Origin: Nibricoccus sp.
GTDB lineage: Bacteria > Verrucomicrobiota > Verrucomicrobiia > Opitutales > Opitutaceae
Length of the DNA stretch: 64,000 nucleotides
Assembly: GCA_047602425.1 (NCBI GenBank)
Contig: JASGHG010000001.1
Span: 736,001-800,000 of the forward strand
Reading direction: 5' to 3'
Under the pieces are notes generated by a model. It had not been told where the DNA came from. It saw only the letters and a list, made by a program, of their open reading frames with translations, and ran no database searches. Position numbers and translations under genes: made by a program. Below, piece by piece: positions 1 to 10,625 of the stretch (position 1 is its first letter; the number at the start of each line of letters is the position of its first letter).

Positions 1-392
1 CGCAAAAGCTGAGCAGCCGCACGCGCTTGCTCGAATGTCTCCGCCACGACCACGGCAATGGCTTGGTGATAATGATCGACATCGGGTCCGCCGAGAAGTT
101 TGGCCGTGTTGCGGTCGCCTTTTTCGAGCTTGCCGGCGTTTTCCGCCGTGACGATCCCAAGTACACCCGGTGCAGCTTTGGCAGCGCTTTTGTCGATGGA
201 GATGATGCGCCCTTTGGCAATCGCCGAACCGACTACATAGCCGTAGGCAATATTTGGGCCAATGTCATTGTTTTCGTAGGCATAGCGAGCGGTTCCAGTT
301 GTCTTGAGCGGTCCGTCGATACGATCAACGGGTTGCCCCACGACCTTCAACTGATCGATCGGGTTCGTCGTGGCTGGCGCATCGAATTTCAT
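1..392 (-). CDS. paoC: Aldehyde oxidoreductase/xanthine dehydrogenase family molybdenum-binding subunit, N-terminal part only (runs off left edge)
   Basis: Not in ORF track. Manual translation from ATG 392 gives [40 protein letters not shown]..., a typical YagR/PaoC N-terminus. ATGA overlap with the paoB stop. Confidence 0.9.
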   Translation of the reverse strand, partial: MKFDAPATTNPIDQLKVVGQPVDRIDGPLKTTGTARYAYENNDIGPNIAYGYVVGSAIAKGRIISIDKSAAKAAPGVLGIVTAENAGKLEKGDRNTAKLLGGPDVDHYHQAIAVVVAETFEQARAAAQLL

Positions 393-1348
393 ACGCTCGC
401 TCCTTTTGCATCGGCCAAGACGGCGGCGATGAGACGCTCCGCCAATTTCAGTTTGAAGGCGTTTTGCTCCGTCGGCTTCGCGCCGGCAAATAAACGCGCC
501 GCCACGGCCTGCGCGCCTTTCGGCATTTCCGCTTCGGCCGCTTCGACGCGCCATGGTTTGTGCGCCACTCCACCCAACGCAATCCGTCCGGTGCCGTCCC
601 GCTGCACGATCGCGGCAACCGAAACCAATGCAAAGGCGTACGACGCGCGATCCCGCACTTTCTGGTAAAACTGCGCGCCATCGACAGGCGGCGGCAATGT
701 CACGGCGGTAATAAGTTCGCCCGGTGCGAGGTTCGTGTCGAGATGAGGCTTGTCTCCGGGTAATCGGTGAAAGTCGGCAATCGGAATCTTCCGCGCGGCG
801 CCGTTAGGTTGAATTGTTTCCACCGTTGCATCGAGCACGCGCAATGCGACCGCCATGTCGCTCGGATGTGTCGCAATACATGCATCGCTCACGCCGATCA
901 CCGCATGTTGCCGGCTAAATCCGTCGATCGCGCCACAACCGCTGCCCGGTGTGCGTTTGTTGCATGGCAAATTGGTGTCGTAAAAATACGGACAACGCGT
1001 TCGTTGCAGAAGATTTCCCGCCGTGGTCGCCATATTGCGCAATTGTCCGCTGGCGCCCGCCACCAACGCGCGTGAAAGGACGCTGTAATCGCGCCGCACG
1101 CGTTCGTCAGCAGCGAGGTCGGTGTTGCGAACGAGCGCGCCAATGCGCAAGCCGCCTTCGGACGTCGGCTCAATTTTGTCGAGGCCAAGGCCGTTCACGT
1201 CGACCAGATGCTCCGGCGTCTCTATCTCGAGTTTCATTAGGTCCAGGAGATTGGTTCCGCCCGCGACGAATTTCGCTCCCGGTTTGCGCGCTGCCGCTGC
1301 CGCGGCTTCGGCGGGCGTGTGCGCGCGTTCGAACGTGAAGGGTCTCAT
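389..1348 (-). CDS. paoB: Aldehyde oxidoreductase FAD-binding subunit (YagS/PaoB)
   Basis: FAD-binding motifs [11 protein letters not shown] and [16 protein letters not shown], Cys-containing insert CPY...CNKR...GC...C. Start MRPFTFERA at 1348 overlaps the paoA stop (ATGA). Confidence 0.92.
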   Translation of the reverse strand: MRPFTFERAHTPAEAAAAAARKPGAKFVAGGTNLLDLMKLEIETPEHLVDVNGLGLDKIEPTSEGGLRIGALVRNTDLAADERVRRDYSVLSRALVAGASGQLRNMATTAGNLLQRTRCPYFYDTNLPCNKRTPGSGCGAIDGFSRQHAVIGVSDACIATHPSDMAVALRVLDATVETIQPNGAARKIPIADFHRLPGDKPHLDTNLAPGELITAVTLPPPVDGAQFYQKVRDRASYAFALVSVAAIVQRDGTGRIALGGVAHKPWRVEAAEAEMPKGAQAVAARLFAGAKPTEQNAFKLKLAERLIAAVLADAKGASV

Positions 1349-2004
1349 GTGGGTCGCCCTCCCACTTCTTTGATGGCTTCGAAAATATTGGAGTACGCGC
1401 CGCAGCGACAAATATTGCCGCTCATGCGTTCCCGAACCTCTGTTTCGCTCCAAACCGGCGGCGTCGTCAGGTCGGCCGTTGCATGGCTAGGAATGCCCGC
1501 TTTGATTTCGTCGAGCATTGCCACGGCGGAACAAATTTGGCCCGAGGTACAATAGCCACATTGATAGCCGTCGCACTTCACGAATGCAGCTTGCAACGGG
1601 TGTAGTTTTTCGGGCGTGCCCAGTCCTTCGATCGTCGTGATCTGCGCGCCGTGCTGCATCGCCGCGAGCGTGAGACACGAGTTGATACGACGCCCGTTGG
1701 CGATGACCGTGCACGCGCCGCATTGGCCATGGTCGCAGCCTTTCTTGCTGCCCGTGAGATGGAGGTGTTCGCGCAGCGCATCGAGCAATGTCGTGCGCGT
1801 GTCGAGCTCGAGTTCGCGGAGAGCTCCGTTTACCGTGAATGCAACTTTCATGAGGGTCGGCGCAACCGCTTCCGGAGTCGAAGCTGCGCCATAGCTGCGC
1901 GGCAACATCGCGAGAGCAGCGACCGCCGAACCCGCGATTAAGAACTCGCGACGGGTCAGCCCGCCTTGCTCCCGATCCATTTCAAAATCGCCAAATTCGT
2001 TCAT
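1345..2004 (-). CDS. paoA: Aldehyde oxidoreductase 2x[2Fe-2S] subunit with Tat signal (YagT/PaoA)
   Basis: TRREFL twin-arginine motif plus hydrophobic stretch, [27 protein letters not shown]. Start 2004 or 1980. Confidence 0.92.
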   Translation of the reverse strand: MNEFGDFEMDREQGGLTRREFLIAGSAVAALAMLPRSYGAASTPEAVAPTLMKVAFTVNGALRELELDTRTTLLDALREHLHLTGSKKGCDHGQCGACTVIANGRRINSCLTLAAMQHGAQITTIEGLGTPEKLHPLQAAFVKCDGYQCGYCTSGQICSAVAMLDEIKAGIPSHATADLTTPPVWSETEVRERMSGNICRCGAYSNIFEAIKEVGGRPT

Positions 2005-2317
2005 ATTCTCGGCCCGTTGTGCGCTCGCCGATACTCGGTCATTCGGCTTCCCTACGCCATCGGTCATCTTACCGTACCGCTCGTGGGGAATTGAGAACGG
2101 CACACTCCAAGTTGGGCCTAATCACGAGGCCAACACGGAAGGATGAAAATCCACAACTGAGCGGCGGGGATTTGGCGGATCGTGAGAGGAGTTTTCCAAT
2201 CAGGCTTCCTTCTGAACTACATAACATATGCTTCTGCCAATTAGTTATTGCATCAGTTTTGCTAATCATCAGATTCCGCAAAAAGTTTCTTTTTGAACCC
2301 CGCTTTACATTCCAAAA

Positions 2318-2911
2318 ATGGTTTCCCCGAACGGTCTTTTGTCAGGTTATTTTGAGATTCGCTGGCATGGACGCGGCGGCCAAGGAGCCGTCACCGGTGC
2401 AAAGTCTCTCGCCGAGTGCGTGCAGGGCACCGGCCGCAACGTCGTGGCGTTTCCCGAATACGGGCCCGAACGCCGCGGTGCGCCGGTCAAAGCCTTCAAT
2501 CGTTTTTGCGCCAAATATATTCGTATCCACACACCGGTTACAACGCCGGACGTGATCATCGTAATTGATGCGACATTGCTGCCGCTTCCAGCCATCAAGG
2601 ACGGCGCTCGTGAACACACTATTTTTTTGGTCAATATTGAAAAGACTCCCGATCAGGTTCGAGAAATCCTGGGACTCGAAAACCGCGTGGTGACCGTCGC
2701 GGCCAATCGTATCTCGCATAAATTGTTCAAGCGCGAGATTCCCAATTCCACCATGCTCGGTGCCTTCGCAAAAGTGGCGCCGCAAATTATCGGTCTCGAC
2801 CAGCTGAAACACGAGGCGACGCATGTGTTTTCCGAACTGTTGGGTGCAGATCTTGTGGAGAAAAATTTGCAGGCAATCCAGCAGGGGCACGATCTCTGCC
2901 ACGTCGGTTAA
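2318..2911 (+). CDS. porC: Pyruvate/2-oxoacid:ferredoxin oxidoreductase gamma subunit
   Basis: EIRWHGRGGQGAVT, FPEYGPERRGAPV and NSTMLGA motifs. Confidence 0.9.
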   Translation: MVSPNGLLSGYFEIRWHGRGGQGAVTGAKSLAECVQGTGRNVVAFPEYGPERRGAPVKAFNRFCAKYIRIHTPVTTPDVIIVIDATLLPLPAIKDGAREHTIFLVNIEKTPDQVREILGLENRVVTVAANRISHKLFKREIPNSTMLGAFAKVAPQIIGLDQLKHEATHVFSELLGADLVEKNLQAIQQGHDLCHVG

Positions 2912-2919
2912 GGAACAAT

Positions 2920-3249
2920 ATGAGCACTCTTAAAACCTGGCAGGAACTTCCCCTCGGTGGAGTCATTCTGGAAGCGGGCAGCGCCGCGAAATATGAAACC
3001 GGCACGTGGCGCACGTGGAAGCCAATCACGCATCGCGAATATTGCACGCATTGCCTCAAGTGCTGGGAGTTTTGCCCGGAGGACGCGATAAAATTGGAAG
3101 ATGGTTTCGATGGTTCGGGTGCTCCACGAAAATTCGTGAAGGAGATAAATTATTTCCATTGCAAGGGCTGTGGTCTTTGCGTCCGCGAGTGCCCGGTTAA
3201 CAAGGAAGGCAAGGTCAAGGCACTGGAATCAATTCGCGACGAGGTCTGA
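2920..3249 (+). CDS. porD: Pyruvate/2-oxoacid:ferredoxin oxidoreductase delta subunit (2x[4Fe-4S])
   Basis: TGTWRTWKP, CTHCLKCWEFCP and CKGCGLCVRECP. AAGGA RBS upstream. Confidence 0.9.
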   Translation: MSTLKTWQELPLGGVILEAGSAAKYETGTWRTWKPITHREYCTHCLKCWEFCPEDAIKLEDGFDGSGAPRKFVKEINYFHCKGCGLCVRECPVNKEGKVKALESIRDEV

Positions 3250-3250
3250 C

Positions 3251-4465
3251 ATGAAAACCATTTCCGCTGGAAAACCCAAGATCGTCCCCATCACGGGAGC
3301 GGGCGCGTGCGCCCAAGCCATGCGCCAGATCAATCCCGATGTGGTCGCCGCGTTTCCCATCACGCCGTCCACTCAAGTCGTGGAAGACTTCTCGGCTTTT
3401 GTCGCTAACGGCCAGGTTGACACCGAGTTCGTCACGGTGGAATCCGAGCACTCGGCCATGAGCGCTTGCATCGGCGCCAGCGCCGCCGGCGGCCGCGTGA
3501 TGACCGCAACGAGTTCCGCCGGCATGGCCTACATGTGGGAGTTGCTCTATGTCGCCGCCTCCATGCGCCAGCCTGTACTCATGACATTGGTGAACCGCGC
3601 GCTCACCGGGCCGATCAATATTCATTGCGACCATAGCGACTCGATGGGCGCCCGCGATGCTGGCTGGATCCAGCTTTACAGCGAGAACAACCAGGAAGCC
3701 TACGATAATCTCGTCATGGCGGCCCGCATCGCCGAACACCCGGACGTCCGCCTGCCCCTCATGGTTTGCCAGGACGGCTTTATAACCAGTCACTCCATCC
3801 AAACGATGCAGTTGGAGGACGATAAGGCCGTGCGCGCTTTTGTTGGACCGCACAAGCCTTACCATAGCATTCTAGACACAGACAAACCCGTCACTTGGGG
3901 CGCGCTGGATCTCCAGGATTACTACATCGAACACAAACGCGGCCAGGAGCAGGGCATGCGGAATGCCCTGCGTGTGATTCAGGAAGTCTCGGACGACTTC
4001 GCGAAAACCTTCGGACGCCAGTACGGATTATTTGAGGGCTATCAATTGGAAGATGCTGAAATCGTACTCGTCGCCATCAGTTCTTCGGCCGGTGAAATCA
4101 AGGAAGTCATCGACGAGATGCGCACCAAAGGCGAGAAAGTCGGTCTGCTGAAGATTCGCAGTTTCCGCCCTTTTCCCTATGTCGAAATCGCCAAGGCACT
4201 GTCCAACGCCAGCATCGTCACTGTGTTGGACCGCAGCGCAAGTTTCGGCGCCCACGGACCGCTTTTCACCGAAATCACCACGGCGGTCTACAATTATTCT
4301 GCAAACCGCCCGCTCCTGTTGGGCCACACTTTCGGTCTCGGCGGACGCGAACTGACCTTGCGTCACATCGAGCATATCATCAGCGAGAGCCGCATCTGCC
4401 TCGACAAAGGCGCGGTCGGCAACCGCCAGGGACTTTGGGTCAACGTGCGGGGGGACAAACTATGA
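3251..4465 (+). CDS. porA: Pyruvate/2-oxoacid:ferredoxin oxidoreductase alpha subunit
   Basis: AAFPITPST, VESEHSAMSACIGA, TATSSAG, CQDGFITSH, FGLGGRE. Start MKTIS at 3251, right after the porD stop. Confidence 0.9.
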   Translation: MKTISAGKPKIVPITGAGACAQAMRQINPDVVAAFPITPSTQVVEDFSAFVANGQVDTEFVTVESEHSAMSACIGASAAGGRVMTATSSAGMAYMWELLYVAASMRQPVLMTLVNRALTGPINIHCDHSDSMGARDAGWIQLYSENNQEAYDNLVMAARIAEHPDVRLPLMVCQDGFITSHSIQTMQLEDDKAVRAFVGPHKPYHSILDTDKPVTWGALDLQDYYIEHKRGQEQGMRNALRVIQEVSDDFAKTFGRQYGLFEGYQLEDAEIVLVAISSSAGEIKEVIDEMRTKGEKVGLLKIRSFRPFPYVEIAKALSNASIVTVLDRSASFGAHGPLFTEITTAVYNYSANRPLLLGHTFGLGGRELTLRHIEHIISESRICLDKGAVGNRQGLWVNVRGDKL

Positions 4466-5418
4466 TCGCGACCAACACCAAGCTGGCCGAACTATCTCCT
4501 GAGACCAAACTCATGTGCGAGCGCCCCGGAACCTTTTCCGGCGGTCACCGCATGTGCGCGGGCTGCCCCACCGGCATTTTCACCAAAATGCTCACGCGCG
4601 TTTCCGACGAGTACGAGATTGTCGCCGGTAACGCCACGGGTTGCCTGGAGGTCGCGAGTTCCATTTTCCCCTATTCCAGCTGGCAGATTCCGTGGATCCA
4701 CACCGCCTTCGAAAACGCCAGCGCGATGATGAGCGGCGTCGAGGCTTGCTACAAATCGCTGGTTCGGCAGGGCAAGCTTCGCAAGAAACTCAAATTTGTC
4801 GTCATGGGCGGCGACGGCGGCACCTACGATATCGGACTCCAATCGCTGTCCGGCGCGATGGAACGCGGCCACGATCTTACTTATATCTGCTACGACAACG
4901 GCGCCTACATGAACACGGGCGTGCAACGTTCCTCAGCGACACCGCTCGGCGCAGCGACGACCACCACGCCGGTCGGTCGCGAATCATATGGACGCAAGGG
5001 TAACCGCAAGGATCTCACGAAGATCATGCTTGCCCACAACCTGGGCTACGTCGCGCAGGCCAGCATCCACGACATCGGCGATCTTTTCCGCAAGCTGAAG
5101 AAAGCCATCGACCACGACGGTCCTTCCTTCATCAATCTGCTCAGCCCTTGCATTCCTGGCTGGAAAATCGATGCCGACATGGCGGTGGAATCCGCGCGCC
5201 TCGGCGTAGATTGCAACTTCTGGCCCTTGTTCGAAGTCGAACAAGGCAAGTTCACGATCAACTATCGTCCGCGTGTCGTGAAGCCCGCTTCCGAGTGGGT
5301 CATGTCACAAGGCCGTTTCAAACATCTCAAAAAGCACCCTGAAGTCATCGCTGCCTTCCAAGCCGAAATCGACAAACAGTGGGCTTGGCTGCAAATGGAA
5401 GAAGCTCGGACAAAGTAA
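4462..5418 (+). CDS. porB: Pyruvate/2-oxoacid:ferredoxin oxidoreductase beta (TPP-binding) subunit
   Basis: GHRMCAGC, NATGCLEV, GGDGGTYDIGLQSLSG...DNGAYMNTG TPP motif, SPC. ATGA overlap with porA. Confidence 0.9.
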   Translation: MIATNTKLAELSPETKLMCERPGTFSGGHRMCAGCPTGIFTKMLTRVSDEYEIVAGNATGCLEVASSIFPYSSWQIPWIHTAFENASAMMSGVEACYKSLVRQGKLRKKLKFVVMGGDGGTYDIGLQSLSGAMERGHDLTYICYDNGAYMNTGVQRSSATPLGAATTTTPVGRESYGRKGNRKDLTKIMLAHNLGYVAQASIHDIGDLFRKLKKAIDHDGPSFINLLSPCIPGWKIDADMAVESARLGVDCNFWPLFEVEQGKFTINYRPRVVKPASEWVMSQGRFKHLKKHPEVIAAFQAEIDKQWAWLQMEEARTK

Positions 5419-5475
5419 CCCTCCGACGCAACCAGCACATCAGTAGCCTTCAATTGTCCAGGAAAGATCGTGGCA

Positions 5476-6444
5476 TTACTCCGTGCGTTTCGCCCAGCGT
5501 CCGGCGAGCACACCGCAGATCAACAGTTGCAGCGGATGATAGATCATGATTGGCAGCAGAATCATGCTCAACGCCGGATGCGCGCCGAACATCAATTTCG
5601 CCATCGGCACGCCCGAGGCCAAGGTTTTCTTCGAGCCGCAGAACACGGCGGCGATTCGATCCTCGGCGGTAAAGCCCATTGCCACGCAAACGCCGTATAC
5701 AATCGCCATCACTAAAACAAATATCAGCAGTGAACCCACAAATCCTATCATCGGCGCGGCCAGCCCGTGTCCGGACCAGATGCCGCCCACAAAGGAATCG
5801 CAAAAAGAGGTGTAGACGAGCAGCAGAATCGTCGAGCGGTCGACTTTGTTGATCAGGTTTTTGTTTCGCCCCGCCCATGCGCCCAGTAAGGGACGCGCGA
5901 GTTGGCCAATGGCCAGAGGCAGGACGAGCCAGCAGACGAGATCGAGAATCACTTTGCCCACCGGAAGCGATGCACCGCCGCCCGTCTTAACCAACGCTCC
6001 CATCCAAAGCGGTGTCAAAAAGACGCCCAGCAGGCTCGACAACGTGGCGTTGAATACGGCCGCCGGGACATTGCCGCGCGCCGCCGCGGTCATCGCGACC
6101 GATGACGATACCGTCGAGGGCAGCGCGCATAAATAGAGGAAACCCAGCCGCAAATCCGGGGAAACCAGATCGCCCGCGAGCCAGAGCAGCCCAAGCCCTA
6201 ACAAAGGGAAAAGCCCAAATGTGCATGCTTGGACCACGAGGTGCAGCCGCCAGCGCAACGTGCCGGCTTTGAGCGCGGCGAACGACAGCGCCAGCCCATG
6301 CAGAAAGAAAATCAGCGCCACCCCACCCTTCGTCAGGATTTCGGGATGCAGCCACCCGCCGGCTGCGCCAGGTGCGGGAAAAGCCCACGCCAAAATCACG
6401 GCTAAAACCATGCCCGTGAGAAACCAATCAGGACGCCATTTCAT
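5476..6444 (-). CDS. Bile acid:sodium symporter-like (SBF-like/YfeH) membrane transporter
   Basis: About 9-10 hydrophobic segments, LPSTVSSSVAMTAAARGN and FCGSKKTLASGVPM motifs. Confidence 0.85.
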   Translation of the reverse strand: MKWRPDWFLTGMVLAVILAWAFPAPGAAGGWLHPEILTKGGVALIFFLHGLALSFAALKAGTLRWRLHLVVQACTFGLFPLLGLGLLWLAGDLVSPDLRLGFLYLCALPSTVSSSVAMTAAARGNVPAAVFNATLSSLLGVFLTPLWMGALVKTGGGASLPVGKVILDLVCWLVLPLAIGQLARPLLGAWAGRNKNLINKVDRSTILLLVYTSFCDSFVGGIWSGHGLAAPMIGFVGSLLIFVLVMAIVYGVCVAMGFTAEDRIAAVFCGSKKTLASGVPMAKLMFGAHPALSMILLPIMIYHPLQLLICGVLAGRWAKRTE

Positions 6445-6454
6445 CGCTCGGCCC

Positions 6455-8038
6455 TCAGGTACGCCGTCCCCGAAATCTATTCAGCAACGCCGCCACTTCG
6501 TCGCGTCCCTCGATGCGCAGCGTCCATAGTAACGCACCGTAAACCGCCACGCCAGCCACCACTAAAACCGCGACCGCAACGCCATCCGTCAATTTTGAAA
6601 CCGCAAATGTGTGCCCAGCCCACCACCAACCAGCACCCACCACCAAGCCCATGACCGAACTGGCCAGGACAATCTTTCCGAGATCGCCCAGCAAATGGCG
6701 AAACGCGAGTTGCGGCGTCCTGCGCGCCAGTTTCGCCTGAAGGTAAACAGCCTGGACCACAATCGCAACGTTGCCTGCCACCGCCAGACCGACAATCGAA
6801 AGCGGCCCCATCAAAGCGAAGCTCAGCACCACGTTGACGATGAAACTCAAAATTGCGGCTTTCACCGGCGTCTGCGTGTCCTTTTGCGCGTAGAAAGCGC
6901 GCAGGGCCAGATTCACGAAGGAGAAGAGCGGCAGGCCCAAGGCATAAACCGCCAGTACCGGAATCATCAACCGCGTGTCGCTCGCGTGAAATTTCCCGTG
7001 TTGGAAAAACATTCTAATGATCGGTTCGGCAAGCAGAGTCAGCCCGACCGCCGCCGGGATGTTGATCATGAGAATAAATCGCATGCCCTTGCGATAGGCG
7101 TCGCCCATTTGATCCATTTCGCCGCGTGCAGCATGGCGCACGATGAGGGGGAAAACCACGGTCGAAACGGCGATCGCGAAAACGCCAATCGGAAGTTCCA
7201 TCAGGCGCGTCGCGTAGTTGAGCACGGATACAGCAGCATCGTTCAACGATAACCCGATGAAACGCGAAACCGTCATATTGATCAGATAAACCGCCGAGCC
7301 TAGCACGGTCGGTCCCATCAACCGTGCCACCGCGCGGACCGGTTCGCTCCAACTCAAATCGAAGCGCGGACGCCAACCCTCGCAGGCCAGCGCCCAGGCC
7401 GGCACCGACATCTGAAAAAAACCGCCGAGCAGCACGCCAATGCAAAACCAATTCATTTTGGCCGTGTCGGTTCCACCCGACCAGGCTCCGGCAAGGAGCA
7501 AACCGATCATCGAAAGGTTCAGCCAGATTGGCGAAAGTGCTGGCTCTAGAAAACGGTTAAAGGTCTGCAACGCCGCACTGAAAACCGCCGCAAGGCAGAC
7601 AAACACGAGATAAGGAAAAAGTACGACTGCGAGTTTTGCGGCCAGCAGCCAGCGACCGATCGTGTCGTTGTCCGCTCCAAAACTTTGCCCGATTGCTGCA
7701 ATTAATTCCCGCTGACTGAGGAGAAGCATCGCGACCAGCACGAGCGTTCCTGAAACAACAAGGAGCCAGCTTGCCACCTGACTGATCAGCGTGAAAGCGC
7801 CTGCGCGTTGGCGCTGTTCAAGTTCGTCATTGAGCGTTGGTACGAAGGCCGCAGTCATTCCGCCTTCCGCGAGCAAACGTCGGAAAAGGTTCGGCAGTTG
7901 AAAAGCCGTGGCATACGCCGACGCCAAAGCGCTCGTGCCGAAAACCGCTGCGGTCAATGTCTCGCGCACAAGCCCGAGCACCCGCGAAATCATGGTGGCG
8001 GCGGATACGACGCTAATGTTTTTTAGGCTCTTCGACAC
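6455..8038 (-). CDS. murJ: Lipid II flippase MurJ (MviN)
   Basis: SRVLGLVRE, AFQLPNLFRRLLAEGGMTAAFVP, YATRLMELPIGVF, FYAQKDTQTP. The real start is probably GTG 8038 (VSKSLKN); the ORF-track extension to 8782 overlaps pta. Confidence 0.92.
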   Translation of the reverse strand: MSKSLKNISVVSAATMISRVLGLVRETLTAAVFGTSALASAYATAFQLPNLFRRLLAEGGMTAAFVPTLNDELEQRQRAGAFTLISQVASWLLVVSGTLVLVAMLLLSQRELIAAIGQSFGADNDTIGRWLLAAKLAVVLFPYLVFVCLAAVFSAALQTFNRFLEPALSPIWLNLSMIGLLLAGAWSGGTDTAKMNWFCIGVLLGGFFQMSVPAWALACEGWRPRFDLSWSEPVRAVARLMGPTVLGSAVYLINMTVSRFIGLSLNDAAVSVLNYATRLMELPIGVFAIAVSTVVFPLIVRHAARGEMDQMGDAYRKGMRFILMINIPAAVGLTLLAEPIIRMFFQHGKFHASDTRLMIPVLAVYALGLPLFSFVNLALRAFYAQKDTQTPVKAAILSFIVNVVLSFALMGPLSIVGLAVAGNVAIVVQAVYLQAKLARRTPQLAFRHLLGDLGKIVLASSVMGLVVGAGWWWAGHTFAVSKLTDGVAVAVLVVAGVAVYGALLWTLRIEGRDEVAALLNRFRGRRT

Positions 8039-8191
8039 ACAATTGGTTTTCGGGTCGGGCGCAGGCCTTAGCAAGTAACAAGTTGTTGGGTTTAACGGGA
8101 ACCAGCCGGCTTCCGCCTGTCTGATAGAGGCGCTCGTCATCATGCGACCGGCATTGACGCTGCACATCTTTAACCGCACTTTATCCGCTCC

Positions 8192-9223
8192 ATGTCCATC
8201 GTCCCGAAACTTGTCGAAAGACTCCAGCGCCACCCCAAGCGCATCGTTTTTCCCGAAGGGGCCGATCCGCGCATCCTTCAGGCCGCCCGACAATGGGTCA
8301 CGCGTCGCATGGGCGCACCCATCCTCCTTGGCGACCGTTCCATCATCAAAGCCACCGCCGCACGCCTCGACATCAATCTCCAGGGCATGCGCATCATCGA
8401 ACCCGAGCGCAGCGAGGAATTCGAAGGCTTCGTGAAACAGTTCGAGGAGCTTCGCCGCGAAAAAGGCATCACCGCCGTCGAGGCGCGCGACAGCGTTCGT
8501 GACACGAATTATTTCGCCACGCTCATGCTGGCCAACAGCCAGGCAGACGCCATGGTCGCCGGCGCCACGCGCACCACGTCGAGCGCCCTCCGTCCCCTCT
8601 TTCAAATCATTCCCAGACAGCCCGGCGCCCAGACCGCTTCGTCGCTCATGATCATTGATTTTGATGAGAAAAAAGTCGGCAGCGATGGCACCCTCTTTTT
8701 CGCCGATTGCGGCGTCATTCCCGAACCAACCACCGAACAACTCGCCGATATTGCCGTGACCACCGCGACGGTCGCCCGCCATCTGACCGGCGAAACACCG
8801 CGTGTGGCCCTCCTCAGTTGGGCCTCGAAGAGCAACTCAAACCATCCTTCGCTCCTAAAAATGCGCACCGCGACAGAACTTGCCCGCGCACGCGCCAAGG
8901 CCGTTTCGCTCGAAGCCGAGATCGATGGCGAATTGCAGGTCGACGCCGCCTTCGATCCCTCAGCCGCCGAGATGAAAAAAGTCGCCGGCCCCGTCGGAGG
9001 AAAAGCCAACGTGCTGATTTTCCCCGATCTCGCCAGCGGCAACATCGCCTTCAAACTTGTCCATCTGCTCGCCGGCGCGAACTGCTTTGGGCAAATCGTT
9101 ACCGGCCTCACGAGGCCTGCCGCCGAGATCAGCCGCGGTTCCAGCGCGCACGACGTTTTTGGCGCCGCCGCCATCGTCGGCTGCCAGGCCATCGACCGCC
9201 GCCTGCTCTACGGCACCATGTAA
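8192..9223 (+). CDS. pta: Phosphate acetyl/butyryltransferase catalytic domain (PTA_PTB)
   Basis: RIVFPEGADPRILQAA, FADCGVIPEP, IDGELQVDAA, ANVLIFPDLASGNIAFK, ISRG...D. Confidence 0.85.
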   Translation: MSIVPKLVERLQRHPKRIVFPEGADPRILQAARQWVTRRMGAPILLGDRSIIKATAARLDINLQGMRIIEPERSEEFEGFVKQFEELRREKGITAVEARDSVRDTNYFATLMLANSQADAMVAGATRTTSSALRPLFQIIPRQPGAQTASSLMIIDFDEKKVGSDGTLFFADCGVIPEPTTEQLADIAVTTATVARHLTGETPRVALLSWASKSNSNHPSLLKMRTATELARARAKAVSLEAEIDGELQVDAAFDPSAAEMKKVAGPVGGKANVLIFPDLASGNIAFKLVHLLAGANCFGQIVTGLTRPAAEISRGSSAHDVFGAAAIVGCQAIDRRLLYGTM

Positions 9224-9295
9224 CAACCGATCTCGCGCTCGTAAAACTCAGCGCACGTCGGCCAGTTCGGCACTCTTCAAGCTTCCTCCTTCGAC

Positions 9296-10450
9296 ATGTC
9301 TTCTCCGAATCCAGACGACGTCCCGCCGCTGCCGCTCCTCACGCAACCGACGAATAAAGTCACCAAACGCATCTTCGTCGCCGCCACGCGCATGAACGAT
9401 GGTAAGACGACGACCTGCCTCGGCTTGTTCGCCGCCATCCAATCGCTGTATCCAAGAGTTGGATTCATCAAGCCCGTCGGCCAGCGTTTCGTCGAAGTCG
9501 ACGGCCATCAGGTCGACGAAGACTCTTACCTGCTCGATGTGATCTACAACGTGCATGTGCCTATCGAGAGCATGAGCCCGGTGACGGTTGACGGCACCTT
9601 CACGCGCCGCTTTCTGAAACATCCCGGTGAAACACTTCCCCTCCTCGAAGATAAAATCTGCCGTGCCTTCGACCGCGTTTCCTGGGAAAAAGATTTCACC
9701 ATTATCGAGGGCACCGGTCACGCCGGCGTAGGCTCGGTCTTCGATCTCTCGAATGCCCGCGTGGCGAAGCTCCTCAACGCCAAGGTCATTCTCGTCGCCG
9801 CCGGCGGCATCGGCCGGCCGGTGGACGAACTGGCCCTCAACAAAGCCCTCTTCGACAAGGAAGGCGTTGAAGTGATCGGTGCTATCCTCAACAAAGTCGA
9901 ACCCGACAAAATGTCGCTCGTCGCCGAATATGCCGGTCTCGGGCTGGAACGCCTCGGCGTGCCACTGCTCGGAGTTTTGCCGATTCAAAAAGTGCTGACC
10001 GCGCCCAACCTTTCGCAGATCGCCGAGGAGATCGACGGCAAGTGGCTCAATGGCCGCCGCAGCGCACGCCAACGCGTACAACGCGTCGTCGTCGGCGCGA
10101 TGACCGCCAAAGGCATCGTCGACTACATCCAGCCCGGCGTGCTCATCATTACGCCCGGCGACCGCGACGACATCATTCTCGCCGCGATCTCCAGCGGAAA
10201 ACTGACCGGTGAACGCACTATTGCCGGCATCATCCTGACGAACGACATCCCCCCGCACGAAAAGCTTTTGGAACTGCTCGCGCAGACCGACATTCCCGTC
10301 ATTGCCGCAAAAGAGGAAAGCTACACGATCACCTCCAAGATCAATAGCATGACAGTAAAAACTCAACCGCAGGATACCGACAAGATTCCTGTGATCAAGA
10401 GCCTGATCACCGACCACGTCGACCTGCAAAAACTGCTGGCAGCGTTTTAA
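9296..10450 (+). CDS. BioD-like P-loop + DRTGG domain protein (stand-alone N-terminal module of long-form Pta)
   Basis: ATRMNDGKTT P-loop, GFIKPVG, IIEGTGH, ITPGDRDDII and GIILTN (DRTGG region). Confidence 0.85.
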   Translation: MSSPNPDDVPPLPLLTQPTNKVTKRIFVAATRMNDGKTTTCLGLFAAIQSLYPRVGFIKPVGQRFVEVDGHQVDEDSYLLDVIYNVHVPIESMSPVTVDGTFTRRFLKHPGETLPLLEDKICRAFDRVSWEKDFTIIEGTGHAGVGSVFDLSNARVAKLLNAKVILVAAGGIGRPVDELALNKALFDKEGVEVIGAILNKVEPDKMSLVAEYAGLGLERLGVPLLGVLPIQKVLTAPNLSQIAEEIDGKWLNGRRSARQRVQRVVVGAMTAKGIVDYIQPGVLIITPGDRDDIILAAISSGKLTGERTIAGIILTNDIPPHEKLLELLAQTDIPVIAAKEESYTITSKINSMTVKTQPQDTDKIPVIKSLITDHVDLQKLLAAF

Positions 10451-10625
10451 GGAAAACCTGCGCTCGTCAGCGATGGTCAGCGGATAAATATTCCTCTTCG
10501 CTGCCTCCGCTTCTTCGCATTGGTGCGAACTTCCATGGCAGCCGCCTGGGGACGCTGTCCTCCGTCTTTAACACCTGCCAACAAAATGTCGCGCGTGGCG
10601 AGTGTTTGGTTCATCGTGACGGGTC

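Noticed and set aside
2248..2262. Sigma54-like TTGCATCAGTTTTGC upstream of porC
   Set aside because: It lacks the near-invariant GG at -24 and no paired activator sites were seen.
8039..8782. 248-aa N-terminal extension of MurJ in the ORF track
   Set aside because: Most of it is the antisense shadow of pta (8192 onward). MurJ similarity starts at GTG 8038.
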